From Octopus sinensis (taxonomy: Eukaryota): DNA of 64,000 nucleotides. The stretch spans positions 77,686,001-77,750,000 of the forward strand of contig NC_043003.1 of assembly GCF_006345805.1 (NCBI RefSeq). Direction: 5' to 3'. Under the pieces are notes generated by a model that did no database searches, was not told where the DNA came from, and saw only the letters and a list, made by a program, of their open reading frames with translations. Positions within the stretch are counted from its first letter, which is position 1. Every line of letters starts with the position of its first letter. The translations under genes and the position numbers were made by a program. Shown here one piece after another: positions 55,022-64,000 of this stretch.

Positions 55022-55147
55022 CCTATCTATCTATCTATCTATCTATCTATCTGTCTATCCATCTATCTATCTAACAGGGGGATTCAAAAGTCGCCATACA
55101 TAAGAACAATATATTTTTTAAATAAAAAACAGTTTTTTATTTAACCC

Positions 55148-55565
55148 ACTTTACTCTTTTACACTTTTACTTGTTTCAGTCATTTGGCTGCGGCCATGCT
55201 GGAGCACCGCCTTTAATTGAGCGACTCGACCCCGGGACTTATTCTTTTGTAAGCCCAGTACTTATTCTATCGGTCTCTTTTGCCGAACCGCTAAGTAACG
55301 GGGACATAAACACACCAACATCGGTTGTCAAGCAATGCTAGGGGAACAAACACACTCACACAAACACACACACGCATATATATATATATATATATATACA
55401 TATATACGACGGACTTCTTTCAGTTTCCGTCTACCAAATCCACTCACAAGGCTTTGGTTGGCCCGAGGCTATAGCAGAAGACACTTGCCCAAGGTGCCAC
55501 GCAGTGGGACTGAACCCGGAACCATGTGGCTGGTAAACAAGCTACTTACCACACATCCACTCCTG
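55148..55565 (-). mobile_element. SINE family C, near full length
   Basis: Reverse complement of the 33857-34264 layout. Confidence 0.92.
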
Positions 55566-55627
55566 TTTTTATAAATAAAAAAAATTTTCTATGTATGGTA
55601 ACTTTTGACTCCCCCTGAGTATGTATG

Positions 55628-55745
<118 letters not shown>

Positions 55746-55937
55746 CGTATGCATACATACATAAATACATACATACATACATACATACATACATACATAC
55801 ATACATACATACTACATACAATTATACGTAATATGTTCAGAGTAATTCAAATCTAAAATTGCAAGGCCTATAACCTGTATTTAAACTTAATGTGTTCTCC
55901 CGTTCGTATATTATAATTGTATCATGTATTCTTTTCT

Positions 55938-56090
55938 ACTCTAGGTACAGGGCCCGAAATTTTGTGGGAGGGGGCCAGTCGATTAGATCGACCCCAGTAT
56001 GCAGCTGGTAATTAATTTATCGAGCCCGAAAGGATGAAAGGTAAAGTCGACCTCGATGTAATTTGAACTCAGAACGTAAAGACAAACGAA
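55938..56090 (-). mobile_element. Meta-like SINE, 5'-truncated
   Basis: Central block and tail present. Confidence 0.8.
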
Positions 56091-56295
56091 TTGTATCATG
56101 TATTATGAAACTCAAATTTGAATGTGGTACAAAGTAAATAGAGAAAAGAAAATAAAACATAAGAAACTATAAGAAATTTACTTGCACCACCTTACGTACG
56201 CTTCATTACTAGTTATATAATGCAAACTATATCTCATGATTCATTGTGTATAATACATCTCTGACGATTATCATGTTACTAATAATTTCTCTAGT

Positions 56296-56601
56296 GGAGG
56301 CACATGGCCTAGTGGTTAGAGCAGCGGACTCGACGTCGAGGGATTGCGGGTTCGAATTTCTGACCGGGCGATGTGTGTTTATGAGCGAAACACCTAAGCT
56401 ACACGCGGCTCCGGCAGAAAGTAATGGCCAATTTCTGCTGACTCTTTCACCACAACTTTCTCTCACTCTCTCACTCTTTCCTCCTGCATCTTGCAGCTCA
56501 CCTGCGACGGACCGGCGTCCCGTCCAGGTAGGGAACCTATACGCCAAGCAAACCGGAAAACTGGCTCTTATGAGCCAGGCGTGGCTCGAGAAGGAACAAA
56601 C
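56296..56601 (+). mobile_element. SINE head B + tail T2 with 12-bp TSD
   Basis: TSD aataatttctct at 56281-56292 and 56602-56613; tail matches 34520-34618. Confidence 0.9.
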
Positions 56602-56733
56602 AATAATTTCTCTGTGTTGATGAACTATGCACAAGATTGTGCAAAATAGTTTGTCATGTTTTGTTTTGTCCCTTCTTTGTGTGTGTCTCTTTCTTTTCTC
56701 TGTCTGTCTGTCTCCCTCCCTCCCTCCCTCCCT

Positions 56734-56774
<41 letters not shown>

Positions 56775-56837
56775 AATGTGATATCTATATCAGTAATTCA
56801 GATCGCATTTAACAATCATGTATATTAGATTAGACAA

Positions 56838-57345
56838 ACACGGTGTCTCAATTTACCCATTGATATTTCTTAATTATCAGAATAGATTTAAAGTAGGATA
56901 ATGAAATTTGGCACACACGTTCTAATGTAAATTATCAATCCATTACAGTAATTACATTGCAAAATGACCACCTTTCGCTTTGATCATAGCCCGTAAACAA
57001 GTGGTCACTGAGTTCAAGAGCACCGAATCACCTCTTCATCCAACTTGACCCATGAACACAGAAGGGCTTTCTTCAGATCTGACATCTTTGGATAGGAGTG
57101 AGCAGAAACATCACTCTCTAAGATGGACAAGACAGCAAAGTCCATGGGATTGATGTCAGGACTCGAGGGAGGCCATATTGTCTGGTCCAAAAAAACTCTT
57201 AAATGCTCTTTGCACCACTTCTATGTCGTCTTGTGTGAAGATGTAACGGTCACCAAAGATTTCTATGACCCAGGGTAACACTTTCTCATTCAATATTTCC
57301 ACATAAACTTCACTGTTGACCTTGACGCCAGCAGGTTGCGTTTAC
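56838..57345 (-). mobile_element. Tc1/mariner (maT/DD37D-like) 3' relic
   Basis: GVKVNSEVYVEILNEKVLPW, FTQD, WPPSSPDINPMDFAVLSILE; probable TIR acacggtgtctcaatt. Confidence 0.85.
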
Positions 57346-57582
57346 GCATGGGGTGACTTTTTTCTATGATATTTATCTTATTCTGCTACTGTGGATTCTT
57401 CTACTTTTGAGTTGCCAGATATATTGGAGCAGAGATGGTATTTTTTGGCTTTTGGATACAAACGAATGCATGTATTGTGAATTCCGGATTTTATGAGCAT
57501 AATATGTAAGCTCTTTATAGGTTATTTCAGTACCACATACCGTTGTTCCTATAACTTATATACAAGCGCCTTCGGATAGACA

Positions 57583-58860
57583 TCTACTATATATGTGGGA
57601 AATTCTGTCTGTGGGTGTGTTTGTTTGCGGAGTTGTTAGCTAACTCTTCCTACATCATTTTATCGATTTTAATGAAACTTGACACGTGAATAGAATTCAT
57701 GTCTGGAAACATTATGGCATACTCAGATTGTTGAAAAAGTCGATAATAGGTCCCCTGGAAGGGATCCCTATATATAACTAATATATTTTATTTTAACAGT
57801 CAAGGGAAATAACTTATTCATTTTCCTTTATTATTTGGTATAAATTAAATTGAGTATGCTTATATCTTAGTATTTGATCTGTTAGAGTTATTTTCGCAAT
57901 TTATCTAGTACAACCCTTAAACAAGCAAATAGTATTTTACTAAACAATAGATCCACTTATTTCGGTTAGTAACTTATTCGCGAATATACCATGAATGACG
58001 ATGTCCTTCATGTCACTTCAGCCGATTGACAAGCGCTGCATAAAGAACTGTTCTGCTTTTAGACACAAGGGTCACAACTTGTTTACATGTAGGAACACCT
58101 TCTTGAAATCTAAATGTACAACATGAAAATGGCCAGCGTATATATTTCACAGGAGACAATGCTCGAAACGTAGTTCTGAATCCATGAGTAACCACTTTGA
58201 CAGCTTTCTTCAAATTATGCCATTGTGATCTGTTTGCCCGAACACTGTTGTACAATACCTGGGCACACACTAGATGGAACAGACGCAAGCAAGAAACTCG
58301 CATTGACGGCTGGAAAGAAGATGCTGTCTTCAGAAGTGGGGCCATCGGGCGAGTATACACTGTGCACCCTAATCAGCAGGAGTGCGTCTTTTTGCATCTA
58401 CTGCTACACACTCTCAGAGGCCCTACATCATTCACAGACTTTCGAAGACACAATGGGAAGTCTGCACGACCTATAGAGAAGCCTGCGCTAAACACAGACT
58501 ACTGGGGGACGATGCTCCCAGGAACCAGACACTGGAAGAGGCAGCAGTCAGCACAGCACTAAGTCAACTGCGCCAGCTATTTTTTATCATGTTGATGACA
58601 TGTGGCTTGCGTGAACATCACAAGCTTTGGGCGATCCACAAAACCAGCATGGCAGAGGACATCTAGAAAGGATTCAATGGCAAACCTCAGCGGAAATTTC
58701 CACGTTCAATAACGCCATTTACAATGAGGCATTACTTGACCTGGACACCTGACTGCAAGCTATGGGAGGTCAAGGCAATTCCACATTTGGTTATTACATA
58801 ACTGACTTCACAATTTGGGTACTCATAACTTATTGGGAATTCCTAAAAAACAAGATCCTA
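57583..58860 (+). mobile_element. Helitron with a decayed Rep fragment
   Basis: a|TC start; HENGQRIYFTG, TLTAFFKLC, IGRVYTVHP, LLLHTLRGPTSF, TYREAC, QLRQLFFIMLMTC. Confidence 0.9.
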
Positions 58861-59299
58861 TGTTAGACAGTATAATATTCTCTGTAAATGCACAAAAAAC
58901 ATTTTAAGGGCTACGTACTTTGTATTGTTGTTATTGGATTGGCGAAACAATTATGAGAACGGAACCAAGGGACATGCCCGGCTTTTTCCGGGATTTACTG
59001 AGTACGGGATTTACTGTATTTCTGAAGCTGCATTCAAGTCGTTCGGGTAATTCTTTGACTTCTAAAGTACTGACTATGGAACCGAATTTGGGAGCGTATA
59101 TTTTCTAATCAAACGTAGCAGGTTTGTATGCTGTTTTTAATTAAAAAGTAATTGTTTTTGTTTTAGCGTACATGGGATACATAGTTATATTCATACTGTA
59201 TGGGGATTTGTGCCACTAGCTTGTTCCAGGGTGTGTTTGTTCATTTTTTTTCCTTTTTTTAGAATCGACTAGTCAGTTTACGTACTTCAGTTCTTTAGT

Positions 59300-60560
59300 T
59301 CTTTATTAAAACCCACGTCTTGGTGATGCCGGGTTCTAAGGGAGAAGGCTTCGTTGAAAAATGCAGCGTTGTAATAGGAAAGACTTTGTTAAGCATTCTC
59401 CTGTCGAAAGAAAGATTCTGTTTTTTCCCTTGTATTGGTTACAAAGTCAGTTTTATGTGCGCGAAGTTTATATGTGCCGTTTCTAAATTTGGTCTGCTAC
59501 AGGGATATTATTTTACTGTTTTTAAGTTTATTGTAATGTCTAGGAAATAGACAACGTTTAGGCTTAGTAGTCATGACTTCTAGCTTAAATTCTAATATGT
59601 TGATTAATGGAATTCTGAATTTATATTTTGATCATCCAAATTGTAGGAGATGGTTAAAACAACATTCTATGTCAGTGTTATTTCAATGATTCTATGGTGT
59701 GTATATCATCTAACTAAGAGATTCTACGCTATTCAAGCTCCCCTTAATTAGTAAAATATGAGCTACTTCCTTGGGTTCTTAATTAAGCTCATATTGTTAT
59801 AGGTGATGTAGATGAAGGTTTTCTTCGAATACTATACTTTTTTTATGAGAAGTATTTTCGAAATCGACAAGTAAAATTCAGCTATGTCAAATTGGATAAA
59901 TACAGCTGATGTTATTCACAGTCCATTTGAATCGCATGACCCCAATTCCATTGTGATAAATTCATATGGTCTAAGTTAGAAGTTTGCTTAACTCAAGTTA
60001 TGTTTGCTGTTTATAAACACATTTTCTTGGCACGGTTTATTAGTTTGCACTTCAGATTGGATAGGAAGAGTTTTCATGTAATGTGAGGTTCATACGTAGA
60101 AAGGCATTTTACACAGAATTCCGTATTTAATTTTATATTTAATTATCTTATATCTAGCTTTCGCTTTGTTGTTTATTATGTGTTAAACATTAGTGACATT
60201 TTGTATGTTTTCTGTGATATTACTTGATGGTAGTTTTCTATCTATTGTGTTGTCTAGCTCATATAAGTTATCACTTTTTCTTTGTCAACCAGCATACGTA
60301 TCTGTTTGGTATTAATGAAAGATCATTTTCGAATTTGGCCGTCTGGGAATTTTTGTAAGCTATTAGTTGATTTCTGAATCTCAGCTTTTAATTAGGTTAT
60401 TTAGGCCGCCCTTGGGATTTTCAAGGTCCGTAATTTGTAGATGGGCAGGAAGTTCGTTTGCTTTAATACCGAATTTGTTATCCGAGATGTATTTACACAG
60501 CTTCTATTGAAGATAGATTTCCGCTTCGTTCTTTCCTTTACATTTTTTGGTTTCCATATT
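59300..60560 (-). mobile_element. Possible very old Penelope-like RT/GIY-YIG relic
   Basis: Only scattered weak motifs (FGIKANE, LTKIPRRP); many stops. Confidence 0.25.
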
Positions 60561-60852
60561 CAGGTCCTTTATATATATACCATTTCTGAGGGTACTGTAA
60601 CGTTTTAAGAGAGTGGCGGAGAGAGTGTTACTCCAGTTCTAGGTTTGTATATAACGCTTGAATAGACACAGATTACATATCTACTTTTGTTGTCACCTGG
60701 AGAGTTATATCGAGTGATAAAGACGCAAAAGAATGGAACACTAACTTCGTAAACTCTCACTAACTTCGTAAACAGACACACACACATACAAACATAGACA
60801 TACACACATATATATGTATTATGTATATGTATATATATGTAGGTATATAAAT

Positions 60853-60911
<59 letters not shown>

Positions 60912-61399
60912 TTGTGTTTGCATATGTGCATGTATGTACATATGTAAATGTACATGCATGTTTGCATCTATGTATTGTGACTGAATACCGCATGAAACGT
61001 AGCAAATTTCAAGAAACCTGATGATCAAAATAATCAATGAGTTTGGAGGTGTTATGACGTCAAATAAATACCATGCACTGTTGTTCTACTGACTGCATCG
61101 TAGACCATTGTGAACATGATATATCATATTTGTTACATATTCATTGAACCTTCGTTAATCATCTACTGTAGCTGATTGTAGAAAAGTTGCGCTGATTTGG
61201 TGGTAAGGGTGGTAATGAAGATGGCTGTGGAAGCGGTGGCGGCGACAGCGGCGACAGCGGCGACTGTGATTACGGCGACATCGGCGGCGGCGTCAGTGGT
61301 GGTGGTGGTGGGGGGGGGGTTGGAGATGATGCGAAAAAGGTAATGACTTAGGTAGTGGTGTTGCTGATTGAGATGATGATGACGATGATACGCCGTTGT

Positions 61400-61880
61400 G
61401 AAGAAGCAGTCGATGAATTCGGCCGGCATCTATTATTATATCGCTCTGAATATCATAATTAGAAAAGATCCTCGACCCGGCTGGCTTCTCGTCACAACAG
61501 GAGCCAGAATGTCGCGAATGCGTGGACGGTTAGCGCCCGAACAGAATAACCCTCTTCTCATACGAGAGAGGCAGATCCCTAAACAGGGACGCGACATGCA
61601 ACGACACGTTCTACGGCTCCAAACCCGGGTATCGCCACCCGTAATACAGAAGAATGAAAAATAAATTAGTATAGGAGCCTGGCTGGCCGCTATCAGTTTG
61701 TGCCGGTCGCCGTCATGATCTCGGGTGTTCTCGGACCATGCACTGCAGATTTCGTCCGCAATCGGGATAACTGCAACCCATCTGAAAAATGAAGCCTGCT
61801 AGGTGGAATGACTGCTACAGCGAGTGACGTTGGCCATTCTCAGCGGCAACGCCATCATGGTCATGTCCGCTGGGCGCGGT
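61400..61880 (+). mobile_element. CRE-clade non-LTR retrotransposon RLE relic
   Basis: VDEFGRH...DG*RPNRITLFSYERGRSLNRDATCNDTF...YRSLAGRYQFVPVAVMISGVLGP...LLQRVTLAILSGNA. Confidence 0.75.
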
Positions 61881-62229
61881 TGAATAAGCCATTTGTTCTG
61901 ATGTGTAGTTCCTCCCAGCCACCATTTTCTGCTGCTTAATCCTCTTTCTTTTTTCTTTCTCTTTGTTCCCTTGTAATTAAATTGTGCTACAATATTTATG
62001 TAACCAAAACTTTATAGTTTGGGAGCTTCACAGTACTTCAAAGCTTCAGACTTTCCCATGCATCCTGTTTTGGTATAATCCATATCATAAATGTTTGGGA
62101 GCTTCACAGTAAAATTATGTTAAATAAACGTGCATTTATAAAGCATTGAAAAACTCCTACCTAGATAAAAAAAAATTATATATATATAGTTGAAATTTAT
62201 AGAAAAACAAAAAACAGATGTATTAAAAA

Positions 62230-63095
62230 CAAGCAGGTGTATTTGTTTTACGTTTCGAGGCTACGCTCTTCGACAGAAAGTAATAAGAGAAAATTAAGAG
62301 AGAGAATGAAAAAAAAACTTGTAGATTTAGCGGTCAAGCATGGCGAATGATTAGAAAAAAATTGGAAAGAAGAGGTTGGAAGAAAGGGGGATAATAAAGT
62401 GCTGGTGACGCCAAATGAAGGTGCACGTGCGTTGTGAGAATGATGTGTGTGTGAATGTGTAAGTGTGGGTGTGAAAAGGGGTGAATAACTATGACGTGTG
62501 TGGTGTGTGCGTGTGTAAGTGTGTGCATCTGTAACGTGTGGTTACTCATATAATGGTATGTGCGGTGATGCTATTGAAGATTTGTGTGAGTGTGTGGATG
62601 ATGGTGTGTGGTGTGGGTGCTGGAAAGTGTTCAGTACTAGTGTGTGAGGAGTGATGTGGGGTGGTGGTGTGGAGTGGAGGTGTAGAGTAGAGTGTGAAGT
62701 AAGGTGCGGTGCATGTAGGGGTAGTGTGGGGTGGGGTAGTATCAATGAAGAGAGGACGTGGGTAGGAGGGAAAATAGGAAGTAGGTGTCAGATGAAGAAA
62801 AGAGGTGAGTCAGATGAGAAGAAGAGGAGAGAGTCAGATGAAGAGAAGAGGGGAGTTGAGCCCATTTTTTGCAAAGGAGAAGAGAGAAGATTAATTCCTG
62901 TTCACGGTGATGGCAGGAGTGCTGGTGGACCCTGTGAAAAGACAGTCCAAACATAGACAGACGTTATAGTGAATTACCGGTAGAGCGGAAATAGCGCGAG
63001 ACCAGGAAGCCATTGCTCAGTCTGATGTTTCGGAGGTGCTCCGAGTACCGGTGAGCCAAGGAGCCCCGTCTGACCAATGTACAGGGAGGGGCAGA
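62230..63095 (-). mobile_element. Penelope-like 3' relic: GIY-YIG fragment, low-complexity insert, degenerate hammerhead-like end
   Basis: PSLYIGQTG at ~63060-63090; minus strand tCGAAGAG-cgtagcct-CGAAACgt at ~62250-62275. Confidence 0.65.
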
Positions 63096-63114
63096 AAGAG
63101 CAGGAGAGGCAGTA

Positions 63115-63450
63115 AATCGACTCCAGTGTTTCATTGGTACTTAATTTATCGAGCCCGAAAGGGATGAAAGGTTAAGTCGAACTCGGCGGAATTTTAACTC
63201 AGAACATAGCGACAGGCCAAATACCTATTTCTTTACTACCCACAAGGTGTTAAACACAGAGACGACAAACAAGGACAGACGAACGGATTAAGTCGATTAT
63301 ATCGACCCCAGTGCGTAACTGGTACGTATTTAATCGACCCCGAAAGGATGAAGGGCAATGTCGACCTCGGCGGAATTTGAACTCAGAACGTAACGGCAGA
63401 CAAAATACCACTAAGCATTTCGCCCGGCGTGCTAACGATTCTGCCAGCAC
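63115..63450 (-). mobile_element. Dimeric Meta-like SINE
   Basis: Junction gaaatacctatttctttactacccacaagg matches the 6030-6372 copy. Confidence 0.88.
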
Positions 63451-64000
63451 ACCACCTTGCAACAAATTGATAATGATATCACTAACATTAATGATATGGA
63501 TTATACCGAAACAGGATGCATGGGAAAGCCTGAAGTTTTGTTTATGTTAAACTTGATTGAGAAAAATAAAACCTGATCAACTCGTCTTTTTTGCGGTACC
63601 TAGAACTAAATTACATTAACTAGAACTACATTATCTAATGGTTTCCCCGCCTAACTTTTTAAAGATTTTATGTTGTGATATGAAGGACATTTTGCTTGTA
63701 TTTCGTTGGTTCTAACTCGAGTTCAATAGAAACATAATTGTTACTGATAGTGCTAATGATAACGATAACAATACCAATGCTACCACTACCACCACCGCAA
63801 CTAATGCAACAACAACAACAACAACAACAGCAACAGCAACAACTACGACTACAATTATAATGATGATGATGATGATGATGATAAATGATAATGATTTCGA
63901 ATAGGTATAGAATATCTGGATGTGCGTCAGTGGCCGTAAGAGAATACATGAAAATGTCTATTGGCAAAGAAACATGATATTATAATCATTCCTTTCAATT

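Overview
Eukaryotic, AT-rich, repeat-saturated genomic DNA, most likely a coleoid cephalopod such as Octopus (inferred from the tRNA-derived SINE families and very high microsatellite density). It is intronic or intergenic. No intact, recognisable protein-coding gene is present, and most ORF-track entries are microsatellite translations or decayed transposon frames. Contents: about 30 tRNA-derived SINE copies built from interchangeable heads and tails; non-LTR relics (RTE, R4/Dong, Tx1/L1-like, CR1-like, CRE-like); Gypsy pol relics; DNA transposons (two Tc1/mariner relics, a Chapaev3-like relic, MITEs); two related Helitrons; and Penelope-like elements. The most striking structure is a 2-kb Penelope-like unit (37053-39064) with ~800-bp inverted arms, a hammerhead-ribozyme motif in each arm (intact in the right arm) and a GIY-YIG fragment in the spacer. 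A few short, frame-preserving candidate exons on + may belong to a host gene (low confidence). There is a 100-N gap at 46164-46263. All family assignments come from motif recognition by eye; no searches were run. Boundaries are approximate unless a TSD, TIR or splice site is quoted.
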